This document shows, piece after piece, positions 24,647-31,877 of a DNA stretch of 38,529 nucleotides. Each line of letters starts with the position of its first letter. Within the stretch, counting starts at the first letter, position 1. Under the pieces are notes generated by a model, which was given only the letters and a program-made list of their open reading frames with translations, was not told the origin of the DNA and made no database searches. Source of the stretch: a virus; the IMG/VR virus record IMGVR_UViG_3300042922_000204; one strand, written 5' to 3'. The position numbers and the translations under genes are program-made.

Positions 24647-26476
24647 ATACTAATCGTAAAAGATAAAAATCAAAAAGAACTAGGTATCCTAGAAAGTGCA
24701 TACAACATATCAATAAAGAGGACAGTCAATTCAATCTGGCAATCCTCTTTTTCTTTACTCAAAAAAGACCCAAAGAACGAACTTTGCTCACACATGAATT
24801 ATGTAGCTATATACGGAGAGAGTGAGCGATATTACGGACTGTATAGGATAATGCCTACGGAAACTCGAATAAACGATACAAATGAAAGTATCACATATAC
24901 TTGCGAACACGTATTAGCAACATTGCTCGATGATGTAATGAATGGCTACCACCAATACACAAACTATACTACAAGACAAGCCTTAGAATACATTTTAAGC
25001 CTACAAGAAACTGAGAGGTGGGTATTAGGTCAAATAGATTTTACAAGGTACTTTAGTTACTCTTTCGAGAATGAGAATGGACTCTTAGCACCTATCCTAT
25101 CAATCCCTAAGCCTTTTAGCGAGCCATACGAGTTTACATTCGATACAGAAAATTATCCTTGGACATTAAATCTAATCCAAGCTAGTGACGTTGTAAAGGC
25201 TGAAATTAGATGGGGAAAGGATATGATAGATTTTAGCGAAGTATCAGACCCTACCGACATAGTTAATTATCTAATTCCAAAAGGTTCAGGCGAGGGAGTT
25301 AATCAAGTAACAATTGAAAGTGTAAATGGTGGACTTAATTATCTTAAGGATGATGCGTCAATTGTAAAGTGGGGTAAACGGTCTTATATATGGATTGACT
25401 CACGTTTTGAGGATGCACAAACTTTAAAGGATAATGCGCAAGCTTTGCTTGAACAATGGAAAGAACCTAAAGTAAGTTTTCCTTTGGACTCCACAGACCT
25501 TTCAATATTGCCTGAATTTGCTCAGGAAAGAAAAATTTTGAATGGTGTAACTAGAATTATAGTTGATGATGAAAATTATTATGGGAGAATTATTGGCGAG
25601 AACATTACAGATTTGTCGAAAGAATACGATGTAAGTTATGACATAAATAATAAACTTAACGACATGGCCACTACACAGACTGATATCGAGAGAAAGCAAC
25701 AAGTTAATGACGCCTATTCCCAAGGGGCAACTAATATAATCAACTTCACCTACCAAGATAATTGTGATAGTGTGATTCCAGCGATTGTCCCATTTTATAT
25801 TGATGATGATGTAGTTAACGTAAACACTTGCGAATTGACTTTTAGGACGAAGGCTTTTAGGGCATACAGTCAAGCTACTGATGGTGGAGGGGCAACTGTG
25901 AGTTCTACCAGTAGTGGTGGAGGTACAAGTAAGTCAACAGATAGTGGTGGTGGCAGTGCTCAAACATCAAGTTCTGGTGGGAATAGTACCGTTATAGCAC
26001 CAACCGGTTTCATAGATTCTGTGTCCGGTGGGACAAGTGGCGCAGTTGAATACACTGGTGGTGGACACTTTCATACTTTTTCTATCTCAGGGGCTTCATA
26101 TGAACATACTCACACCATTGATATACCGGCTCATACACATAGTGTAAACATTCCAGCGCATAGTCATTCATTTAATACACCTGATCATAGTCACGAAGTA
26201 ACGTTGCCAAATCATGAACATGGGATTAAACATGGTATTTATGAACTTGAAACAACGCCATCTAGCGTAGCGATTAAAGTGGATGGAAATTTAATATCAC
26301 ACGACTCCACAACAGGTGACAGAATAAATCTAGTCAACTATATGAATAAAGAGAGCAGCGGAAAGATTACAAGAGGTAGACATGAGGTTGAAATATTACC
26401 TAATGGATTGGCTAGGATAGAGGCTGATTTAATACTACGCGTATTTATTCAATCGCGTCTTGGAGGAAATTACTAA
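24647..26476 (+). CDS. Tail-associated protein Tal (phage minor structural protein / prophage tail endopeptidase family), probable ATA start
   Basis: The track starts at ATG24794, but the frame is open from 24644. Residues ILIVKDKNQKELGILESAYNISIKRTVNSIWQSSFSL form the conserved Tal N-terminus. ATA24647 lies 9 nt after AGGAGG. The C-terminus has a Gly/Ser tract and HxH repeats. Confidence 0.75.
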   Translation: MLIVKDKNQKELGILESAYNISIKRTVNSIWQSSFSLLKKDPKNELCSHMNYVAIYGESERYYGLYRIMPTETRINDTNESITYTCEHVLATLLDDVMNGYHQYTNYTTRQALEYILSLQETERWVLGQIDFTRYFSYSFENENGLLAPILSIPKPFSEPYEFTFDTENYPWTLNLIQASDVVKAEIRWGKDMIDFSEVSDPTDIVNYLIPKGSGEGVNQVTIESVNGGLNYLKDDASIVKWGKRSYIWIDSRFEDAQTLKDNAQALLEQWKEPKVSFPLDSTDLSILPEFAQERKILNGVTRIIVDDENYYGRIIGENITDLSKEYDVSYDINNKLNDMATTQTDIERKQQVNDAYSQGATNIINFTYQDNCDSVIPAIVPFYIDDDVVNVNTCELTFRTKAFRAYSQATDGGGATVSSTSSGGGTSKSTDSGGGSAQTSSSGGNSTVIAPTGFIDSVSGGTSGAVEYTGGGHFHTFSISGASYEHTHTIDIPAHTHSVNIPAHSHSFNTPDHSHEVTLPNHEHGIKHGIYELETTPSSVAIKVDGNLISHDSTTGDRINLVNYMNKESSGKITRGRHEVEILPNGLARIEADLILRVFIQSRLGGNY

Positions 26477-26482
26477 AAGCAC

Positions 26483-26511
26483 TTATCATTTCGCTCTTAT
26501 TGGTATATAAT
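26483..26511 (+). promoter_or_regulatory. Sigma-A-type promoter for the lipoprotein moron
   Basis: TTATCA (26483-26488), a 17-nt spacer, then TATAAT (26506-26511), 24 nt upstream of the GTG start. Confidence 0.5.
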
Positions 26512-26534
26512 AATATCAATGGGAGGGATGTTCC

Positions 26535-26906
26535 GTGAAGAAAATAATATTTGCCTTTATATTAATCTTGTTTTTAGGTGGCTGTACTAACGAGGTTTCT
26601 AACAAAGAGGTTAAGAATGATAAACAAATTGAATCTAATCAAACAATAGAAGATGACTTAAAATTAGAAGATGTAGAAGGTAGACCAACAGTTTCGCCTA
26701 ATTTAGAAGATTTAGCTGAAGTTGAAGGTGACTTATTAACCACTAAGTTTGCAAATGGTAATCCGGTTATATATAAAGTAATAGTTGCAAAAGACCCAAC
26801 TCAACCAGCAGGACCAGACAATGAGATAATATACGAAGTAACCAAAGAAGTTTATGATAAAATGATGCCTGGTTTATTCTATAAGCCAGAAGAATACAGA
26901 GAGTAG
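26535..26906 (+). CDS. Lipoprotein (moron; candidate superinfection-exclusion or lysogenic-conversion factor)
   Basis: Signal peptide with lipobox MKKIIFAFILILFLGGC. GTG behind GGGAGGG. Has its own promoter and terminator. Confidence 0.75.
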   Translation: MKKIIFAFILILFLGGCTNEVSNKEVKNDKQIESNQTIEDDLKLEDVEGRPTVSPNLEDLAEVEGDLLTTKFANGNPVIYKVIVAKDPTQPAGPDNEIIYEVTKEVYDKMMPGLFYKPEEYRE

Positions 26907-26924
26907 AAATCCTACTCTTTTTTT
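26901..26924 (+). terminator. Rho-independent terminator of the lipoprotein moron
   Basis: GAGTAG-aaatc-CTACTC followed by TTTTTTT. The stem includes the stop codon. Confidence 0.7.
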
Positions 26925-26946
26925 ATTACAGAAAGGAGTCGATGAA

Positions 26947-27123
26947 ATGTATTTAAAAGTTATAACTCACAGCGGAATAGACGATACAGTTGAGGTATTA
27001 GAGTATGACCCAGTCAAACTAAATGCAGATTTAAACAGCAATGAGATTCAAACGGTTTTGATAGGTAAAAACATCTACTCAAGGATAGACATCAAGTATG
27101 TCTCAGAAGTCACAGCACCTTAA
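26947..27123 (+). CDS. Small hypothetical protein (58 aa)
   Basis: Translated by hand: MYLKVITHSGIDDTVEVLEYDPVKLNADLNSNEIQTVLIGKNIYSRIDIKYVSEVTAP. ATG behind GAAAGGAG. A terminator follows. Confidence 0.55.
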   Translation: MYLKVITHSGIDDTVEVLEYDPVKLNADLNSNEIQTVLIGKNIYSRIDIKYVSEVTAP

Positions 27124-27137
27124 ATGGTGCTTTTTTA
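27114..27137 (+). terminator. Rho-independent terminator
   Basis: AGCACC-ttaaat-GGTGCT followed by TTTTTTAA. Confidence 0.65.
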
Positions 27138-27334
27138 ACGCCAAAGAATCATGAAAGAAGGTGATATCATGACATTGTTCTTCTGGTGGTGGTTATTCAT
27201 TTAGGATAAAACAAAACCCTCAAAGCAATCGTGAAAATACACTTTGAGGGTGAACACATAACCTCGAAAGGTTACAAGTCACATTATAGTTAATTTGGTG
27301 CAAAAAGACAATAGGCGAAATATGGGAGGTTAAA

Positions 27335-27577
27335 ATGGGCGAAGAAAGAACAGATACAATTTTAGAACATCACGACAAAGATATAAACGAAATTAAAGTT
27401 GAAATAAAAGATATAAATGTAAGTGTGACAGAGATAGAAAAAACTAATATTGAAATTCAAATCAATGTTAAGTCCATTTTAGACACCTACAAAACGATAA
27501 AAAACACAACAATAGGATTCGTCGTATTAAATATTTTAACAATGCTCTGGACACTGAGCAAAAACCTAGGAGGATGA
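27335..27577 (+). CDS. xhlA: XhlA-like lysis accessory protein
   Basis: 80 aa. N-terminal coiled coil and a single C-terminal TM (TIGFVVLNILTMLWTL), directly upstream of the holin as in PBSX-type cassettes. Confidence 0.65.
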   Translation: MGEERTDTILEHHDKDINEIKVEIKDINVSVTEIEKTNIEIQINVKSILDTYKTIKNTTIGFVVLNILTMLWTLSKNLGG

Positions 27578-27822
27578 TAATAATGAATTTGAAAAAAGTA
27601 AGTAAAGAAACTTGGATAAGAACAATTATATTGGTGGTATCACTGGTAAATATCGCTTTGAGGGAGTTTGGGATTGACACGTTACCATTTACTCCTGAAG
27701 AGTTTGGAGAAGGTTTCTCGGCTGTATTTGCTATCGTAATGTCAATCGTAACTTGGTGGAAGAATAACTCTTTTACCCAACCGGCACAGTATGCAGATGA
27801 AATAATGAAAGGAGAGAAATAA
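27574..27822 (+). CDS. Holin (phi LC3 / XhlB-type)
   Basis: Two TM segments and the motif TWWKNNSFTQPA typical of this holin family. ATG27583 (10 nt after AGGAGG) is the likelier start. Confidence 0.8.
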   Translation: MIIMNLKKVSKETWIRTIILVVSLVNIALREFGIDTLPFTPEEFGEGFSAVFAIVMSIVTWWKNNSFTQPAQYADEIMKGEK

Positions 27823-28875
27823 ATGAAAGTTTATATAGATGATGGACACCCAAAAGGAAACGTTAACGGTGGCTCACAAGGTTACAAAGAGGAACAAGGC
27901 AATCTCAAGTCTGCTAGATATCTTCAGAACATATTAGAAAGTTCAGGAATCGAAGTAAGAGTCTCGAATGATATTTATGATGGTGATTCCTTAACTCGTA
28001 GAGGGCAAGAAGCGGTCAAATGGGGTGCTAATGTATTTTTTAGTATTCATAGTAACGCCGGTGGTGGACAAGGCTCAGAGTGCTACTACTCCATCAGATT
28101 ACCTAGTGATAGAGTTTACGCTCAATTAATATCCGATTCAATTTCCAAAGAGTTTGGGGTTAAGAATAGAGGTGCAAAATTCAAAGAGAGTGTTAAGTAC
28201 CCAGGCTATGATTTTTTAACCGTAATTGCTACTGCTCAAAAAGGTGGAGTACCTCACGTATTTCTAGTAGAGTCTATGTTCCATGATAACTTAGTCGAGG
28301 AAAGTTTGTTATTACAAGATGAAACTCATAGAAAATTAGCTAGTATTTACGCTGATATGATTTTCAAGCTACTAGGAATATCAGGTTCGGCTTCTTTGCC
28401 AAACAGAGGGGCTACAACTAATGTTAATGTTGAAGTTAAAGTTGAATCGAATATCGATAAAGCTAGAAGCTATGTAGGAATACGTTGTAGAGAACTCCAA
28501 ACTAAATTAAATCAGGCTGGATATGATTGTGGTGCTGCGGATGGAATACTTGGTCAAAATACATATAACGCCTTGATTAGATTTCAGTCCGAAAATGGTT
28601 TATCTGCAGATGGACTCGCTGGAGCTAAAACATTTGCCAAGCTTGAAGAAAAGATTGCAAGAAGTTATCCAGTATTGAGGCAAGGTGCTACAGGAAAATA
28701 TGTAAAGATTGCGCAACAACATCTACTAGACAAAGGCTATGGTTTGGGAAAGAGTGGGGCAGATGGTGACTTTGGATCCAAGACAAATAAAGCGATTAGA
28801 ATATTTCAAGAGAATAAGGGATTAAAGATTGATGGAGTCATCGGGATTGCAACATGGAGTGAGTTAGTGAAATAA
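27823..28875 (+). CDS. Endolysin: N-acetylmuramoyl-L-alanine amidase (Amidase_3 type) with two C-terminal PG_binding_1 repeats
   Basis: N-terminal MurNAc-LAA pattern (FFSIHSNAGGGQGSE...ESMFHDN). Two repeats of the form GYDCGAADGILGQNTYNALIRFQ / GLGKSGADGDFGSKTNKAIRIFQ. Confidence 0.9.
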   Translation: MKVYIDDGHPKGNVNGGSQGYKEEQGNLKSARYLQNILESSGIEVRVSNDIYDGDSLTRRGQEAVKWGANVFFSIHSNAGGGQGSECYYSIRLPSDRVYAQLISDSISKEFGVKNRGAKFKESVKYPGYDFLTVIATAQKGGVPHVFLVESMFHDNLVEESLLLQDETHRKLASIYADMIFKLLGISGSASLPNRGATTNVNVEVKVESNIDKARSYVGIRCRELQTKLNQAGYDCGAADGILGQNTYNALIRFQSENGLSADGLAGAKTFAKLEEKIARSYPVLRQGATGKYVKIAQQHLLDKGYGLGKSGADGDFGSKTNKAIRIFQENKGLKIDGVIGIATWSELVK

Positions 28876-28878
28876 TTC

Positions 28879-28903
28879 GAGGGGAGAGATCCCCTCTTTT
28901 TTT
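28879..28903. terminator. Bidirectional terminator between the endolysin and the reverse-strand lipoprotein gene
   Basis: GAGGGGA-gaga-TCCCCTC followed by TTTTTTT on the + strand. Lies between convergent genes. Confidence 0.8.
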
Positions 28904-29738
28904 ATTTACCAATATCAAATGTAAACAACTCAAAATCTTTTGAATAATCGTCTGAATTTCCTTCGCAAGTTATTTTAAAACCTTCATCTTTGCCGATAGA
29001 TTTAAATGTAACAATTCCTTCCGTTTCAACTCCTGAAGATAAATCGCTTTGCACCTCTGGATATCCGGCTTCATAATTACGTTCCTCATCAAATTGAGTT
29101 GTGCCTTGTATCAATTTTGTATTGAATGAATAAAAGCTCATATTTGTATTTGATTCGTTAGAAATTTTAAAGTAAACCCTAGTTTCGTTTTCTGCTAATT
29201 CTATTTTTTTAATTTCTACATTTAAACCATGTTGACTCTGCTTCTGATTTACTTCAATTGATTTTACGGCAGGACTGAAGACTTCTGCGTAGCTTGATTT
29301 CTCGACTTTATAGGTTGATATTGTTGGGTAACTAAGCGTACCACCCATGGCGTTTTCACCTTCATATACATCTCCTATCACCCCTTGTATATGCACGAAT
29401 TCATTTTCTTTAATATCTGAGTTGGGATCGAAGTGGTATGCAATTATATGATCTTGACGATTTCCCATATTTACATTCACTTGTAATGCGACACCTTCTG
29501 TGGTTTTTTCCAGATAAAAAACTTGCCCATACAAATCAACGCTCGAACCTTTAAAAGGTGTAGATGCGTCGTATATTGTAGAAAATTCTTCAGCGGAAAG
29601 AGCCTTGTTTTCGTCAAATTTGAATGTTTCATTACCTACAGTTTCCTCTTTATTTTCCGATGATGAGCAGCCACCAAATATTAATATAACTGCAAGTATG
29701 ATCGTAATGAATGCTATCTTAAAATTTCCTTTTGTCAT
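28902..29738 (-). CDS. Lipoprotein with Ig-like (DUF4352-like) C-terminal domain; lysogenic-conversion candidate
   Basis: Lipobox AVILIFGGCSSS. SD AAGGGGGGA. Located between the lysis genes and attP on the strand of the lysogeny genes. Confidence 0.8.
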   Translation of the reverse strand: MTKGNFKIAFITIILAVILIFGGCSSSENKEETVGNETFKFDENKALSAEEFSTIYDASTPFKGSSVDLYGQVFYLEKTTEGVALQVNVNMGNRQDHIIAYHFDPNSDIKENEFVHIQGVIGDVYEGENAMGGTLSYPTISTYKVEKSSYAEVFSPAVKSIEVNQKQSQHGLNVEIKKIELAENETRVYFKISNESNTNMSFYSFNTKLIQGTTQFDEERNYEAGYPEVQSDLSSGVETEGIVTFKSIGKDEGFKITCEGNSDDYSKDFELFTFDIGK

Positions 29739-29837
29739 AATTATTCCCCCTTTTTATATATTCTACTATACTACAAAATTTAGCAAAATACTTTCTGTTT
29801 GAGGATAAAAATACAAATAACTTCTTATTAATTTGTA

Positions 29838-29873
29838 CCGTTTTCTATCAGTAACTAACAAGTAACTAACAAA
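29838..29873 (+). repeat. Arm-type repeat, left of the attP core (contains tandem GTAACTAACAA x2)
   Basis: CCGTTTTCTATCAGTAACTAACAAGTAACTAACAAA recurs with 3 mismatches at 30079..30113 in the same orientation. Confidence 0.8.
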
Positions 29874-29881
29874 GTGGATAT

Positions 29882-29908
29882 TAAAAAAGTTTCAATATAA
29901 TTTGAAAC
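29882..29908 (-). terminator. Weak terminator downstream of the tRNA fragment (minus strand)
   Basis: Minus strand reads GTTTCAA-attata-TTGAAAC followed by TTTTTTAA. It begins 22 nt after the CCA end of the tRNA fragment. Confidence 0.45.
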
Positions 29909-29930
29909 CACTGGTGCTACTACTTATTAT

Positions 29931-29980
29931 TGGTGGAGACAATGGGATTCGAACCCACGGCCCCTTGACTGCCAGTCAGA
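29931..29980 (-). other. attP core: 3-prime half of a tRNA (Ala-GGC-like) without a 5-prime half
   Basis: Minus strand reads ...TCTGA-CTGGCAG-TCAAG-GGGCC-GTGGG-TTCGAAT-CCCAT-TGTCTCC-ACCA. This gives a T-arm, acceptor 3-prime strand, CCA, U at position 70 and a GGC anticodon loop. No D-arm or 5-prime acceptor strand lies upstream. Confidence 0.65.
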
Positions 29981-30078
29981 TTAGAGTACATTTTTTAATT
30001 GTTCTTAAACTACTGATATCGCTTGAATCCATTGTATTTGTTGGTATTTTATATTATATGGGTTAGTGTGAATTTCTA

Positions 30079-30113
30079 TCGTTTTTTATCGGTAACTAAC
30101 AAGTAACTAACAA
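30079..30113 (+). repeat. Arm-type repeat, right of the attP core
   Basis: TCGTTTTTTATCGGTAACTAACAAGTAACTAACAA is the partner of 29838..29873. It ends 6 nt before the integrase stop. Confidence 0.8.
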
Positions 30114-30119
30114 AAATCA

Positions 30120-31232
30120 TTATATCTTTTCAATTGCTTGCTTTAAATCTTTAATATTAGAATGAGTGTAAATATTTGCAGTGGTAGCATAATCTGCGTG
30201 ACCAATTAACTTTTGTATAAGTAGCGGGTCTACTCCGGCTCTAGCTAACAAACTACCAAATGTGTGTCGGGTACAATGTGGATTTAATCTTCTTATTGTA
30301 CTATCTCCAACTTTTATTTTTTCAATCGCAGGATAGTATAAATAATCTCTATAGTATTTTATCTTTATGCCTTTTCCGTTTCTACAAATCAAAGTTTCTC
30401 CATTTTTTTCATACCATTCTTTCATATACTTCTGAATTTTAGGATTAATGGGGATTGGTCTATTTTTACCAGCTTCCGTTTTTGCTCCACCAGTAATGAT
30501 CATGTTATCTATATCTACATTAAACTTAGTGAGTGCCAATAACTCGCCGATCCTCATGCCCGTGTAAATCAATATAAGTACCGTATTCGCCCACTCATTA
30601 ACTTTTGCATATTCTTCTATAACTTTAATTTCTAAGTCGTTAAATGATTCCTTTTCTCCAACCTCTTTATACGGTGCATCTATAAATTGAGCGTAATTCT
30701 TACTTACGACATCATTCTCTAGTGCTGATTTGTATAACAATCCAGCAAGGGTTTTAACTTTTCCATACGAACTTTGACTCATTCCATCATCATACATTTT
30801 ATCGATAATGTTCTGCATATCATCTTTTCTAATTTCTTTAAACTTCATATTGCCAAGCGTACCGAGATAGTTCCACGCAGTTCTGTAGCTTTCAGCAGTT
30901 TTCTTTGCTATGTTTTCATATTTCTTTATTGACCATTTATCGTAAAGCTCTTTTAATGTAATATCTCCACGTTCGGCGATTGGGTTTTTATTATATTCTG
31001 CAAGAGCAGCTAAAGCTTTGGGTCTACTTTCGTAGTAACCTATAGTGTAATATAATTGCTTTTTAACCTTAATCTCTTTATTTATATCTTTGCCATCTTG
31101 CGAATCAAGTTTACGAGTTACTGTTTCTTCCTTCCAGCCCGTAGTTTTTCTTACTACCCATGGTTTTCTCCTATTGCCTGACAATTTATAGATACTTCCA
31201 TATCCATTAGGCATTTTCACAATAAACACCAT
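30120..31232 (-). CDS. int: Tyrosine integrase
   Basis: Catalytic signature TGMRIGELLAL ... HCTRHTFGSLLARAG ... LIGHADYATTANIYTH. ATG31214 (MPNGYGSIYKL) is an alternative start. Confidence 0.92.
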   Translation of the reverse strand: MVFIVKMPNGYGSIYKLSGNRRKPWVVRKTTGWKEETVTRKLDSQDGKDINKEIKVKKQLYYTIGYYESRPKALAALAEYNKNPIAERGDITLKELYDKWSIKKYENIAKKTAESYRTAWNYLGTLGNMKFKEIRKDDMQNIIDKMYDDGMSQSSYGKVKTLAGLLYKSALENDVVSKNYAQFIDAPYKEVGEKESFNDLEIKVIEEYAKVNEWANTVLILIYTGMRIGELLALTKFNVDIDNMIITGGAKTEAGKNRPIPINPKIQKYMKEWYEKNGETLICRNGKGIKIKYYRDYLYYPAIEKIKVGDSTIRRLNPHCTRHTFGSLLARAGVDPLLIQKLIGHADYATTANIYTHSNIKDLKQAIEKI

Positions 31233-31440
31233 CCAATTTATGATTGCATATTTCTATTTCGCTAACATCTTCACTGTAAAAGTCATTATTGTCTATGTGA
31301 TGTAATTCGTGTAAATATCCTTCTAATTGTTGCTCAATGTTAAGTTTACTATTGATTACTATAGTGTAGCTACCATCTTCATTGATTGTGCTTGTCGCTT
31401 TAACTCTGCAAGGTAAATCCATCATTAACACTATAATCAT
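31207..31440 (-). CDS. Short ImmA/IrrE-like metallopeptidase (HEXXH)
   Basis: HELHH motif (LHELHHIDNND). Positioned between the XRE repressor and the integrase as in ImmR/ImmA modules. Only 77 aa. SD is AGGAG. Confidence 0.6.
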   Translation of the reverse strand: MIIVLMMDLPCRVKATSTINEDGSYTIVINSKLNIEQQLEGYLHELHHIDNNDFYSEDVSEIEICNHKLDGVYCENA

Positions 31441-31476
31441 TGTGCATCTCCTGATGTAGAATTATTTTTCCTCAGC

Positions 31477-31836
31477 TTATTTGTTTTTTAATTGCAATAA
31501 TAAATTTCTAACTATATCTAAATCCTCTGGCTTTGCGTTTCTGCTTGCATCAAATAATAATTTCAACTCTTTATTCTCAAATATTTCTTGAGCTATTTGT
31601 CTTGTTTGTAAGTCGGTGTAATATTCTCCTGATTCTTTTTTAGTTCCTGTAAGATAATTCATATCCACATTAAAAAAGTCGGCGATTTTTTCAAGCGCAT
31701 TAATGTCAGGTTCTCTTTTCCCACTTTCATACATACTTACCGCACTTCTAGATATTCCTAATTTTATTGCCAATTCATTTTGATTAAGTCCATCTCTAAT
31801 TCTTAAATATTTAAACACGCTTTTAAAACCACCCAT
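31477..31836 (-). CDS. XRE-family CI-like repressor (ImmR-like)
   Basis: HTH LNQNELAIKLGISRSAVSMYESGKREP. Divergent from the cro-like gene. SD AGGAGGT at 9 nt. Confidence 0.88.
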   Translation of the reverse strand: MGGFKSVFKYLRIRDGLNQNELAIKLGISRSAVSMYESGKREPDINALEKIADFFNVDMNYLTGTKKESGEYYTDLQTRQIAQEIFENKELKLLFDASRNAKPEDLDIVRNLLLQLKNK

Positions 31837-31863
31837 TTTTTCATTACCTCCTAATGTGATACT

Positions 31864-31872
31864 ATTTTACCA
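31864..31872 (-). promoter_or_regulatory. Possible extended -10 element (TGgTAAAAT) for the repressor transcript
   Basis: Minus strand reads TGTGGTAAAAT about 25 nt upstream of the SD. The -35 is poor. Confidence 0.35.
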
Positions 31873-31877
31873 CAATA

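Noticed and set aside
27217-27250. Hairpin CCCTCAAAG-N16-CTTTGAGGG read as a transcription terminator
   Set aside because: No U-tract follows on either strand, so it is not called as a terminator. It is kept only as part of the speculative leader region upstream of the lysis genes.
29931-29980. Alternative reading of the tRNA-like fragment as the 3-prime end of tmRNA (ssrA), or as a complete tRNA gene
   Set aside because: The GTCTCCACCA end resembles Bacillus ssrA. However, a 7-nt loop with U33 and a purine at position 37, and a 5-nt variable loop directly before the T-arm, fit an ordinary tRNA better. No D-arm or 5-prime acceptor strand exists upstream, so it is not a complete gene. The tmRNA option can only be excluded by a database search.
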